From the NCBI GenBank assembly GCA_030390025.1, contig CM059432.1, positions 95,482,001 through 95,546,000 of the forward strand: 64,000 nucleotides of DNA, in the 5' to 3' direction. Below, piece by piece: positions 1-11,452 of this stretch (its first letter is position 1; the number at the start of each line of letters is the position of its first letter). Origin of the DNA: Squalus acanthias. Taxonomy: Eukaryota. Under the pieces are notes generated by a model. It was given only the letters and a program-made list of their open reading frames with translations. It had not been told where the DNA came from and made no database searches. Position numbers and translations under genes: made by a program.

Positions 1-445
1 CAGCTCTCCCAATTTTGACACACGTCCCCAGCTGTTAGTGAGGAGGACTTTGTAGGGTCGACTGGGCTGGCTGTGCCGTTGTCGTATCCGAAGCCGGTGC
101 CGAGGTCGATGCCAGGTCCGGTTTTATTCTTATTATTGTTTCTTGTAGCAGTTTGTTACAGCTGAGTGGCTTGCTAGGCCATTTCAGAGGACAGTTAAGA
201 GCCAACCACATTGCTGTGGGGCCAGACCAGATACGGACGACAGATTTCCTTCACTTAAAGGACATTCGTGAACCAGATGGGTTTTTACGATAATCCGGTA
301 CTGATTAGCTTTTTACTCTAGATTTATTTAATTAACTGAATTTAAATTCCTCAGCTGCCGTGGTGGGATTTGAATTCTTGTCTCCGGATCATTAGTCCAG
401 GCCTCTGGATTATTAGTCCAGTAACATAATCACTATGCTACCAAA
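1..445 (-). mobile_element. 5' end of a CR1/L2-group LINE with a tRNA-derived head, continuing off the left edge
   Basis: The minus strand starts GGTAGCATAGTGATTATG (A-box-like) ... GAATTCAAATCCCACCA (B-box-like plus CCA) at about 442-361. A UTR follows, then an open frame KVLLTNSWGRVSKLGEL at about 51-1 that resembles an APE endonuclease N-terminus. Confidence 0.6.
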
Positions 446-459
446 CCCCATGTTGTTGT

Positions 460-735
460 TATGTAGTAAATACAGCAGCCTTAATATTAATGGCCAGGTA
501 ATCTGTTTTTGGTTAGGGGAGGAATGTTGATCAGGGCATAAGGACTAGGAGAACTCCCTACTCATCTTCAAATAGTGCAACAGGATCTTTTAACATCTGC
601 CTGAAGCACCACAGATCAGACCTTAGTTTAACACCTCATCACCAACAATGCAGTGCTCCCAATCTAGATTCTGGAGCTTGAACCCACAACCTTCTGACTA
701 AGAAGCAAGAATGCTACCAACTGAGCCAAGCTGGC
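460..735 (-). mobile_element. Degenerate tRNA-derived DeuSINE-type SINE
   Basis: The reverse complement has GCTCAGTTGGTAGCA ... GGGTTCAAGCTCC and AAAGATCCTGTTGCACTATTTGAAG, shared with copies at 15078, 30365 and 35910. Confidence 0.65.
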
Positions 736-957
736 ATCTGGTTACTGGATTTGGAAAAAAAACAAATATAGAAATAACAGGCACCTTGTGGGCCAGGTGC
801 TACAAGACTGATGGGAGGAGAATGGAGTTGTTCGCAAGGTGCCTTTCTGAGCAGCTCTCTTCCTTTGACTTGGCCTCTGGTGGTTTCTGCCACCTTTCTT
901 CACCCTTTTTTCTCCAATTTTTCCCTCCCTCTTTTCTTTCTTCTTTCCGTCCACCAG

Positions 958-1110
958 GAACACTCATCTTTCATCTTCTTTCAGACGCTGTTTATGTTCA
1001 CATTCTTTGAGACCACCTATTGCCTATATCAAACCTGAGTGGGTTTCAGAAAAACTATGCACATGCATGAAACAGGTTAGACAGTGCTTGAACATAAAAG
1101 GACCAATCAG
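958..1110 (+). other. Candidate spliced exon of an unidentified host transcript
   Basis: About 60-nt pyrimidine tract plus CCACCAG acceptor (956-957) and CAG|GTATGT donor at 1111. The 153 nt are open in one frame (NTHLSSSFRRCLCSHSLRPPIAYIKPEWVSEKLCTCMKQVRQCLNIKGPI). No homology recognised. Confidence 0.25.
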
Positions 1111-1924
1111 GTATGTGTGAAGTCCACCACTTGCCTATGAAACAGATTGACTTGTGCATATTCACGGCCTTTGTTTAAAATCCAGCAAATGATAAACTGG
1201 ACTTCACATATCTGTTTTTTGATGATCAAAATTATTGGAATAACCATTCCCAGAACTGGGCTGTTCGATTCAAAACTAGATGGGAGGTTACTCTAGATGT
1301 ATGACCTATTTTATTTCTTGATTTTCATGGCTGTTTTTACCCACCCTTGATGGATTCTCATTCTAGGCCTCAGCCAACCCTTATATCCTCGCTTCTTGTA
1401 GATTAGAGGATCCTCCTGGTCTCATCTTGGAAACTGTTCGACTGGGTACTTCTATTCCTTGAGACTTGATGAACTTGGATGTAATGAATATAATCCAGTT
1501 GGTTTTTGTTGCCTTTAGTTCTCATTTTTGTTTTATTTCTATTTCAGAGTTCCTCGGAATTTGATTCTGTATTTGTAAAATTTAGAAAATATGCAAAGCC
1601 AACTGAGATACCCTTGGATCACCTCAATTTATTTGCAATTTTCCTGCCATTTTAGTTCAAGAAACTAAACAATACAAACCGACTTGAAACAGAAAAGATG
1701 GCAAACATTTCATTATTAGCAGCCTAGGTATACACAATTATTTTAATTTAAAATTTTCAATTTTCTTTTTAAAAAGAGAAAAGTTGCACATTGGTTTTCA
1801 CACTGATATAGTACTGGTGTATATTCTCACTGATATACTATTGGAGGTAGAATTTCCGTGGCGGTTCTCCTGATCATCTGCTGTAACTTTGGAAGAAGAT
1901 TCGCGGAGATCCTGGAGAAACATG

Positions 1925-2950
1925 TCTGGAGTCATAACTAGCACAAAGGAAGTTGGTTGTGGTTGTAGGAGGCCCATCATATCAGCCCCACAACATCCCT
2001 GCAGGAATTCCTCAGGGCAGTGTCCTAGCCCCAACTACCTTCAGCTGTTTCATCAACGACCTTCCCTCTATCATAAAGTCAGAAGTGGGGTTGTTTGCTG
2101 ATGAGTAAACAGTGTACAACTCCATTCGCAATTCCTCAGATAATAAAGCAGTCCATGCCCGCATGCAGCAAGACCTGGACAACATCCAGGATTGGGCTAA
2201 TAAATGGGAAGTAACATTTGTGTCACACAAGTGTCAGGCAATGACCATCTTCAACAAGAAAGAGTTGAACCACCTCCCCATAACATTCATTGGCATTACC
2301 ATTGCTGAGTCCCCCACCATCAACACCCTGGGGGGGTCACCACTGACCAGAAACTCAACTGGACCAGCCACATAAATATCATGGCTACTAGAGCAGGTCA
2401 GAGGCTGGGTATTCTGCAGTGAGTGTCTCACCTCCTGACTCCCCAAAGCCTCTCCACTACTTACAACACACAAGTCTGGATTATGATGGAAACTCTCCAC
2501 TTACCTGGTTGGGTGCAACTGCAATAACCCTCAAGAAGCTAGACATTATCAAGGACAAACCAGTCTGCTTGATCGGCACTTCATCCACTAGCCTAAACAT
2601 CCACCCCCTCAACATCCACCCCCTCCACCACCAGCATACCATGGCTGCAGTGTGTACTATCTACAGGATGTACTGCAGTAAGTCGCCAAGGCTTCTTCGG
2701 TAGTACCTCCCAAAACCGCAACCACCACCACCTGAAACGACAAGGGTAGTACGTGCATGGGAACATCATCAACTCTAAGTTCCCCTCCAAGTCACACACC
2801 ATCCCGACTTGGACATACATTGCCATTCCTTCAGCATTGTTGGATCAAAATCCTGAAACTCCCTACATAACAGCACTGTGAGAGCACCTTTACCACATGG
2901 ACTGGAGCGATACAAGGGCAATAAATACCGGTCCACATCCCAAGAATGCT
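1925..2950 (+). mobile_element. 5'-truncated CR1/L2-group LINE: RT C-terminus and 3' UTR, decayed
   Basis: RT motifs GIPQGSVLAP, FINDLP, GLFADE and QQDLDNIQDWANKWEVTF. The 3' part matches 61250-61905. Confidence 0.85.
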
Positions 2951-3619
2951 TTTTAAAAATTAATCGAGTTGTGTACATTCTCACAGATATAGTACTGTTG
3001 TATATTCTCAGCATATAATTTATGGGAGAATACCTTTATTGCCTAACTGAGCAAATTTGAACAGTAATTTAATATGCATGGAGTAGGGGCAGGACAACCA
3101 GAAAGAGGTAGGGGTGTTATCCCATCCACTCTATATTTCAAATGACTGATATCTATATGTGCTGCACAGTGGCATCCCACATCCTGTGAAATTTGTTCAT
3201 TAAACACTAAGCAGATGCACTGGAATGACAAATGCTGAGGAATAATCTTGTAGTGCACCCATGTCAGACCACTGGTCAGTGGAATAATTCTGAATAGATT
3301 AGAGAGCAAGACCTTAAACCTAGTAATTTCCAGATTATTTCCACTAATTGCTATAGGAATGGCAGCATGTATTTGCAACACCAAAGTTTTGATTGGTCCC
3401 CTTGGATGACAAGACCAGACTTCTGATTGGTCCCCTTGGAGGACAAGATACACCAACAGTTTGTCTGGGAGATGTAATTTGATCCTGCCTGCCTGAGTAA
3501 TTAAGATCTTTGCAATGTGTAATTTGATCCATTCATTGTGACAGCCAGGCTCCAGACAGAGCTCACAGTGCTAACACTACTGCTTTCAGAGAACAGACAG
3601 GGCTCACCCTCCCGGGTTA

Positions 3620-4302
3620 GGACCTTTTCCCCCCCTCAACAACTTTCTGACACCTGGCATTCTCACTTCCAAAAAGTTCCTGACCTTCTCTGCACCCCCC
3701 CCCCCCCCGCCGAGTTCCTGACCTTCTCCCCCCCCCCCCAAGTTCCTGACCTTCACCCCTGAGCTCCTGACCTTCTCCCCAACGAATTCCTGACCTTCAC
3801 CCCTGAGCACCTGACCTTCTCCCTCCAGCACCTGACCTCCTCCCCCCACCCCGAGTTCCTCACATTCCCCCCTTGAGCTCCTGACCTTCTCTTCCCCCCC
3901 CCCTTGGATTCCCTCTCCTCTCCCCCCTTCGATCCCCTCTCCTCTCCCCCCTCCGATCCCATCTCTTCTCCTCCCCTTGGATCCCCTCCCCTTCCCCCCC
4001 CTTGGATCCTTTCTCACCGCCTCCCTCACCGGATCCCCTCTCTTCTCCCCCCCTTCCATCCCCTCTCGTCTCTCCTCCCAATCCCCTCTCTTCCCCCTTC
4101 GATCTCCTCTCCTCTCTCCCCTCGATCCCCTCTCTCCCCCCTTCCATCCCCTCTCGTCTCTCCTCCCAATCCCCTCTCTTCCCCCTTCGATCCCCTCTCC
4201 TCTCTCCCCTCGATCCCCTCTCTCCCCCCTTCCATCCCCTCTCCTCTCCCCCGCTTCGATCCCCTCTCCTCTCCCCCGCCGCATCCGATCCCCTGACCTT
4301 CT
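3620..4302. repeat. Pyrimidine-rich minisatellite or low-complexity array
   Basis: Recurrent TCCTGACCTTCTCCCC units (3620-3900), then GATCCCCTCTC(C)TCTCCCC units, including an internal duplication of about 90 bp (about 4050-4230). Confidence 0.9.
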
Positions 4303-4464
4303 CTGCACAGAGCCGAGGAAAGCGTGGCGGTGCAGACTGCAGCCACAGCCTCCAGCACCGTTTGGTACTGCGAATGCGCGACTGCATCGAGTGCACATGC
4401 GCGGCACCAAACAAGCACACATGCGCAGAAAAAAGCAATGCAAATAATCACTCCATACAGGAAT

Positions 4465-4795
4465 AGTAAAGAAAGAACTTGCATTTACTTAATGCCTTCC
4501 ACGTCTTGAGGATGTCCCAATGCACTTTACAGCCAATTAATATGTTTGAAGTGTAGTCCCTGTAATACATAGAAACATGGCAGCCAATTTGCACACAACT
4601 GAATCCCACAAACAGCAGTGAGATAAATGACCAGTTAATCTGTTTTTGTGATGGGATAAATATTGGATAAATTCCCTCAGTATTTTGCTGAAGTGTCAAT
4701 TTAGATTATGTGCTCAAGTCTCTAGAGTGGGCCTTAACCCCACAAGCTTCTGACTCAAAGTCAAGTGTAATAGCACTGAGCCAAGCTGACACCTT
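4465..4795 (-). mobile_element. DeuSINE-type tRNA SINE, internally deleted
   Basis: The reverse complement begins GCTTGGCTCAGTGCTA ... and ends AAGGCATTAAGTAAATGCAAGTTCTTTCTTT. Confidence 0.75.
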
Positions 4796-5185
4796 TCGGT
4801 AAGATAAGGGAGTTAAATGTGTGGCACGAAAAATGGTGTAGGAGGCAAGAGTCCAAAGTTTTGGGACATTGGGGCAAGTTCTGGCAGAGGAGTGGCCTGC
4901 CAGGGATAGACAGGCTTCACTTAAACAGGGCTGGGAGCAAAGTCCTCACTAGCAGAATAATTAGAGCTGCGGGAGAGGGTTTAAACTAATATGGCCAGGA
5001 GAGGGAAAGATAGCATGAGGAAGTAGATAGGAAAGCAAAAGGGGTAAGGGGTGTAGGCGAGATAGCAGCAAAAACCAGGAAAGTAATAAAGAACTGATCA
5101 GAAAGTAAGATTGCCAAAAAGACAGGCAGATTTCAGTCGTATGTAGGTATGTAAATTCATAACGTATATTAATAACAGAATTATT

Positions 5186-6621
5186 GGCAGAGACTTTCAG
5201 GTTGGGCGTCGAATAAGCACGATATTGGTGGTGCGTCACACCACCCATCCAACTCGGCTGTCGGGAAGCCTGAACGACTTTCATGTTCGGGCCTCATTAA
5301 CATTTTCTCGGTGAGCTGGAGGCACCAAACAGGTGGCCCACTGCAGCTCGCCAGCCCAATGAGGAGGAAAATCAGACTAGCGATGCAGTAGGCCAGCAGG
5401 TAAGGACTGTTTGGTTGGGGGGGGGAAGGGTGGGATGCACGGATGCCAGGTGGGTGAGAACAGGTGGTTCTTTAAGGGACCTCTGGAGGCCTCTCCCAAA
5501 AGGTAAGTTTTTTTTAATAAAGATTTTGAGTAGCACTGCCACTCATCATGGCTCCACAGAAACCTTGAGGAAATAACACTTAAAAACTTACCTTTAGAGT
5601 GATTCATCCTGCAGTCCCTTTAAGGACCGTTGGTTAGGCCTCTCAACACTTGAAGAAAGTGAGACTAGCATGTGTTTTGCATGCTTCATCCATTTCTCCT
5701 TGAACGTTGCAATTGGGGTCCTCCAACTGTCATAGAAGCCTGATTTGCATACTCAGAGAGATTTGGGTGTCCTCGTGCAAGAAACACAGAAAGCTAGCAT
5801 GCAGGTACAGCAAGCAATAAGAAAGGCAAATGGCATGTTGGCCTTTATTGCAAGGGGGTTGGAGTATAAGAGTAAGGAAGTCTTGCTACAATTGTACAGG
5901 GCCTTGGTGAGATCACTCCTGGAGTACTGTGCACAGTTTTGGTCTCCTTAACTAAGGAAGGATATACTTGCCTTGGAGGTGGTGCAATGAAGGTTCACTA
6001 GATTGATTCCTGGGATGAGAGGGCTGTCCTATGATGAGAGATTGTGTAGAATGGGCCTATACTCTCTGGAGTTTGGAAGAATGAGAGGTGATCTCATTAA
6101 AACATACAAGATTCTGATGGGGATTGACAGGGTAGATGCTGAGAGGTTGTTTCCCCTGGCTGGAGTGTCTAGAACTAGGGGGCATAGTCTCAGGATAAGG
6201 GGTAGGCCATTTAAGACTGAGATGAGGAGGAATTTCTTCACTCAGAGGGTTGTGAATCTTTGGAATTCTCTGCCCCAGAGGGTTATAAATGCTGAGTCTT
6301 TGAGTATATTCAAGGCTGAGACAGATAGATTTTTGGACTCTAGGGGAATCAAGGGATACGGAGATGGGGCGGGAAAGTGGAGTTGAGGTCGATGATCAGC
6401 CATGATCTTATTGAATGGCAGAGCAGGCTCGAGGGGCCGTATGGCCTACTCCTGCTCTTATTTCTTATGTTCTTAAACAGCCTCCCTCTGTTTTGGGCAG
6501 GAGTGTTAGGTGCCCATTCAAAGGCATGTAATGGGTACACAAGGTCCTCACCGGATTTTCAATTGCCTGTCGCCCTTTTTTCAGATGAGAATCAGATGAC
6601 TGGGTGTTGAAAGTCTACCCC
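5186..6621. mobile_element. Harbinger-type MITE containing a CR1 3' end
   Basis: Imperfect TIRs GGCAGAGACTTTCA (5186) and TGAAAGTCTACCCC (ends 6621). Confidence 0.55.
5745..6476 (+). mobile_element. CR1 LINE 3' end
   Basis: RDLGVLV ... LEYCAQFWSP ... RTRGHSLRIRG ... RNFFTQRVVNLWNSLP, followed by a TTCTTATGTTCTTA tail. Confidence 0.92.
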
Positions 6622-7077
6622 GGTGAGCAGGAGGCAAAAATTCATATAGGAGGGGTATGATAGAACAGCTTTAACAGAGATTAGGGCAGGCCTGTGAGAT
6701 AAACATTCCTGGTTGTGAAATATTCAGGAGGGAGGAATAAAAGGAGGAGGAGTGGCAGTATTAATCAAAGATTGCATTACAGCAGTAGAATGTTAGGATG
6801 ATACAAGGAATGGTGCAAAAGCGCAAACAATTTGCTCAGAGTTAAGAAATAAGAAAGGAGCTATTACTCTATTGGGAGTTTAATATAAACCATCAAATAG
6901 TAGAAATGAGATGGAGGAAGAAATATGTAGATAAAGTAAAGAAATACACAGAAATAGCAAGACTATGATGATGGATGACTTTAGATATCTAAAGTTCAGC
7001 TGGGGTAAAAGTAATGTCAGTGGTAAAGAAGGGGAGGTGTTTCTACAATGTGTCCAGGTCCACTTTCTATGCCAATG

Positions 7078-7252
7078 GAGGTGAAATTCGTCTTGGGCAG
7101 TACTGCAAAACAGGCAATAGTGAATTGGCGGCCCATTTTGCACTCAATTTTCTTTTCCATTAGAGCCAATGGAAAAGAGAATCTGATAGAGTGTAAAACT
7201 ACCGATTCGCTATCACCCACTTTGTGCTACCACCTAACACAGATTTCACCAT
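7078..7252. mobile_element. Short palindromic MITE
   Basis: Ends GGTGAAATT / GATTTCACC, with a central hairpin TTTTCTTTTCCATT-N6-AATGGAAAAGAGAA (7148-7181). Confidence 0.55.
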
Positions 7253-8707
7253 GAGTATGATTTTAGTCCAACAAAGGGGGAGGTATTCATTGATCTAGCT
7301 CTAGGAAATTAAATAGGATCAGTAGATATGTAAGAGTAGGGGAATGTGAGAAGAAGGAAGAAGGAGTAGAGCAGCAGAGAGAATTAGGGGTTCAAATACA
7401 AAAATGCTTAGAAGTAGGAGAACAAGTTGATAAAGCTGTAAAAAAGCACATGGGATACTAGATTTTACAAAAAGGGGAATAAAGTACAAAAGCAAAGAGG
7501 TAATGCTAAATCTATACAAACCATTGGTTAGGTTTCAGTTAGAATGTTGTACCTGATATCCCTCTGCAATATGCTTGTAGACACAAAGGGGAGGAAAATG
7601 GGGTGGAGACCAGTTACATTGGGGGTGAATTTAACCCTACTTGTTCAGCAGAAACCTGGTGGGTGGGCAGTTAACATCGCCCTGGCTATTACCTGTCCGA
7701 AAGCTGCCATGATCACAACATCTGCACTTTTAACCTGCTCTCCTGAGCAGACAGCAAGGACACGGCCCGGAACCAACGGGGTCCTTCTTTACATATGCAT
7801 GTTGCGACCCGATGACATCAATGTGACCCGACTGTAATTTTAACTCAGGCCTGAGCGGGGAATTCACCTGGAGTTAAAATCAAGGCCAGGGTCTCCACCT
7901 TCTTTCCATTGCTCTGCCTAAGGGTAGCCACACAAATGAAGTGGGAGTGGGCCTTCTTGGTACCCCTAGATCATTTTCCTCCAGCTTCTCTGTTAGGGCA
8001 CCAAGACTTGGGTGTGGTAGAAGAAGTTTTCATTAGGCTTTGCTGCCAGAAGTGCAATGCAGCAGTGCGCCATGCTACCGAGTCTTAAGGATATTGATCC
8101 CATCCCAAGTCACCAGGACAAGGTATATCCATAGCCGGAAAGGCAGCCTGTGCATGTACAGACACAACATGAACAGGCAGTAGCCAGAACAGTACCCTGC
8201 CAGTCCAACAAGGGAACACTGAAGCCAAGGAAAAGAAGGGCCTATTATTTTTTTGAATGCTCCAAAGGGAGTAAAGAGCCATCATCTGAAAGGTAATCAG
8301 TCATCTCTTGAATTGATTGCCTTCCTTGCCAGCATTCCTTGGGCCTTCCTGAGGCCCAGTACAGGACCAACACCAGCTCTCAGGAGGCATAGGTCATGCT
8401 GGGCCTATCAGGTGGCATACTCGGTGGAATTTCCGGAGTGGTCCAAGAATGATCCCAGATACACAAGCAAAGTCTCTGCCAGACATAAGGGGAGCAGGCT
8501 GAAAACTCACCTGCCTCCCTGCCCCATTGGAATTTAGGATGAAGTGGAAATTGGATGGAAAACTAGTGGACCTGGGTTTTGCCCCAAATCCCTGGTCCCT
8601 GTGTGGGAAATCCACCTGAGATGCACCCTCCGTCTTCCCAAGAATTTTGGCCTCTATCATTCCATTATTCTATCTTTAACCACATGTTTTCTGTCTTTAT
8701 TGGGCAG

Positions 8708-8773
8708 TTGGTAAAACAGCAAATTCGAAAAGTAAGATTTTTGTTAAAAAAAAATCATGGAGGTGTTCTGCAG
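8708..8773 (+). other. Candidate 66-nt exon (LVKQQIRKVRFLLKKNHGGVLQ)
   Basis: Acceptor TTTTCTGTCTTTATTGGGCAG and consensus donor CAG|GTAAGT at 8774; phase 0-0. Confidence 0.3.
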
Positions 8774-9483
8774 GTAAGTATTTGCCATTCACAGTACTGT
8801 ACTTCCATGTAAATCTACTTCTTCCTTTAAGTCTAACTACCAACAGTCAGTAAGACCTAAAGGCAGTAGATATATAGACGTTGGAAAAATTGTTGAGACT
8901 TTGTTATTCAAATATCATACCTCGATCCAAATGTTCAAAAAAGAATAAAAAAATATAATCATAATATTTAGAAATATTAAAAGAAAAAGAAATGTTGAAT
9001 GGAAAAAGATATTTAAAAAGCTGTCTGAAATGTGTTTCTCAAGTGTCAGATTAAATTCTTGCACAATGACTCCCTCTTGAAAACCAAAAGTAAACGTTTT
9101 AGCAATTTTGCCCGTAGGGTTGCAGTCAATATTTGCTTTAGTATACTTTTGGTCCTCTGTGACTTACCTGTTTACCAGTATTAACACGAGTTACATGAAT
9201 GGTCTTCAGAGCACCTCTGAGGACATTATTCCAAGCTGTATAATTTTAGGCAAGTGTGATTTGCTCTTTCATCCTCTAACAAAACCTAATCCATAATGTT
9301 GTCCTTTGTCAATAAATTGCTTGTAATCGCATTAATATAATCCGGTAACATTTCAGATTTGAGCATAATTATATAACATTGAACATATCTGTGACTTTAA
9401 ATTAAATGCTACAGCATTTTATTCACATTCTGTGTTTTTTAAATTTTTTATTCTCCTTTTTTGTTTGTCCTAAACTTGTGCAG

Positions 9484-9555
9484 GTCCCCCCCACCATTGA
9501 GCCACTGCTTGGACACATGGGAGTGATTGATCCACTGAGGCTCCCCGTGGGGTAA
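9484..9555 (+). other. Candidate terminal coding exon (VPPTIEPLLGHMGVIDPLRLPVG*)
   Basis: Long T-rich tract plus TGCAG acceptor (9482-9483); in frame with 8708-8773; stop TAA at 9553-9555. Confidence 0.28.
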
Positions 9556-10622
9556 ACACACCATGTCCACTGAGCACCTCAAACAGACAGCACAGCTAAA
9601 CAGTCACCAGTGTACATCCTACCGCACAGTGTGGTACAATGCCAAGGTGTTCTACTATCATATTGCCTCACAGTACTTAAGTCAGTTTTATAATAGGAGC
9701 CTAACTACATCATTGCATGAGCAACATAAAAGAAAAATAATACACATTTAATGTAATAGTATATATTTTTTATACATTATAAATACAAATACAGTTTGTC
9801 CATCTAACACAGAGGCACTTGAGGCATAGTATACGTTCCTTTGTGAGATCCCATTAAAACTATGAGGCAGTGCAGTTGCTGTCAAGATACCTTTTTGAAA
9901 GCTAACTTCTCATAAACATTTGGCAGGTTTTGAAACATGTATCAAGCTTTGTGTCAGCCTGTGCTTGGCTCTAACAAGAGAGTGATTCACTTTAGTTTGA
10001 TTGTGAATAGAAAGGGAGTGTTGTGTGGTTCACCACGGGAAGGGTTTGGCCGGCTCTCCTGCAAACACTAGCAACTCTATCAGGCATAGAGAATGCTAGG
10101 AGCATTGTAATCACTGTTGCCCTGAAATCACAAAGTGTAGTTTTGTTTCTGTGTGGAAAATAAAACATGAACACATTAATGTGTGTGATGGCTGCTATCC
10201 TCCTGTCAGCAACATTCATAATAGCCTGCTTATAATAAACTTTGAGGCAAAGATTAAGGTCTAGAAATTGGTCCGCGCTGCCGCTACTCTGACTATTAGG
10301 CCCCATGATGGCGAGCAGGAAGCGTGTGCACATTTCCTGCCGGAAGTGTGCCACTTGCCATATGAGGTAAGGACAAACAAGAGGCGTCCTTAACCCGTGC
10401 CTGAAGCAGGCGTTAGGCCCTTTGCAAATGCAAATAATAGGCCTAACATCTGTTTGAGGCCCCTTGTTCAAGATTAGTTTGTGCTGAGGCAGCCAGCGCA
10501 ATCGTGGGCAGCACTCAGGGAAACCACCCCAAGGGATCACCTGCAACAAAGAAGGTAAGTAACCTACCCTAATGTGAGAAGTCGCACAACACCAGATTAT
10601 AGTCCAACAGATTTATTTAATT

Positions 10623-10661
10623 TTACAAGCTTTCGGAACAGTTCGCTCCTTCGTCAGGTAA
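10623..10661 (-). ncRNA. Minimal type I hammerhead ribozyme motif, mirror copy
   Basis: Exact reverse complement of 10693-10731. Confidence 0.75.
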
Positions 10662-10692
10662 GTTAGCAGTGGGAGATTCTCTCACTGCTAAC

Positions 10693-10731
10693 TTACCTGA
10701 CGAAGGAGCGAACTGTTCCGAAAGCTTGTAA
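10693..10731 (+). ncRNA. Minimal type I hammerhead ribozyme motif
   Basis: UUAC-CUGACGA-A-GGAGC(GAACU)GUUCC-GAAA-GC-UU-GUAA: core CUGANGA/GAAA/UH, stem I UUAC/GUAA, stem II hairpin, palindromic AAGCUU in place of stem III. Confidence 0.8.
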
Positions 10732-11452
10732 AATTAAATAAATCTGTTGGACTATAACCTGGTGTTGTGCGACTTCTCATTTTTGTCCACCCCAGTCCAA
10801 CGCCGGCATCTCCACATCAAACCCTAATGTGAGCACTGCTGCTCCTGCTGACCAATTGCCACCGCTCCCGAATCCCGATGGCCTGCCCCCGGCCTCCTAT
10901 CCCAACCCCCAGTCCGACCCATGGCCCCGATCCCTGGCCCGATCCCTACCACCAACCTAGGCCCTGATCCTGACCCAAACCCAGACCCTGACCCTGATAA
11001 CACTTACCTGAGGGTTGCTGCAACACTAGCAGCAGCCCAAACTTGGAGTTCTCTTCACTGGTGGGCACTTCACGGTTCGTCGGCAATATTGAAATGCCTG
11101 AGGCCCAATATCTGTAGAGCATTGGGCCTCACCATTCAGGTACACTGGAGGGAGGGGGCGCAAACTACGCCCCCCATCAGGCACCCAAAAATGGTTGCGG
11201 CCCAAAATCTACTTCATCATGTAATCATGCCATTCATCTGCCATTTTTATTCCACATTGAGTCTAAACTCCTAATCATATAGAAATTGAATGGCCACTGC
11301 AGATTTCTACAGTCAGAATTCTGTTTCAGCTAACATGCATTCTAATATTAATAGTAAGCAAAATATTAATAGTATCTGTTCCTTTCAACACTTCAGTATT
11401 AGTTTTGTAAATAAATTGAATAATTAGGTTCTCTATCAAGTCCAAAAACTTG

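Larger units (their letters stand above)
4800..7545 (+). mobile_element. Old fragmented CR1 (ORF1 esterase end, endonuclease and RT remnants) interrupted by MITEs
   Basis: RDRLHLNRAG-like esterase end near 4900, GGGVAVLIKD near 6745, GV(L)YKP and MDDF near 6875-6980, and GILDFTKRGIKYKSKEVMLNLYKPLVR near 7450-7530. Confidence 0.7.
10575..10820. mobile_element. Penelope-like element terminus in inverted (foldback) arrangement
   Basis: Arms 10575-10676 and 10678-10779 are reverse complements with 2 mismatches, followed by a 40-bp unpaired tail. ACCCTAATGTGAG is duplicated at 10566-10578 and 10821-10833. Confidence 0.85.
10258..11215. mobile_element. Harbinger-type MITE hosting the Penelope foldback
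   Basis: Left TIR GGTCTAGAAATT, degenerate right end AAAATCTACTTC. The interior resembles MITE 32621-33247. Confidence 0.6.

Noticed and set aside
361..442. Functional tRNA gene (also considered for the SINE heads at 15078, 30365 and 35910)
   Set aside because: The boxes are degenerate, no convincing cloverleaf forms, and each continues into a retroposon body.
1548..1727. Coding exon following 958-1110
   Set aside because: The acceptor is plausible, but all three frames contain stops before the donor-like site.
3604..4484. Overlapping 130-279 aa ORFs in several frames
   Set aside because: They are an artefact of the low-complexity repeat array.
9992..10549. 185-aa minus-strand ORF
   Set aside because: It crosses a MITE boundary into unique DNA and has no recognisable motifs.
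10575..10779. miRNA precursor or rho-independent terminator
   Set aside because: The TSD, hammerhead cores and a homologous single arm at 56708 point to a Penelope terminus; the stem is also too long and too perfect.
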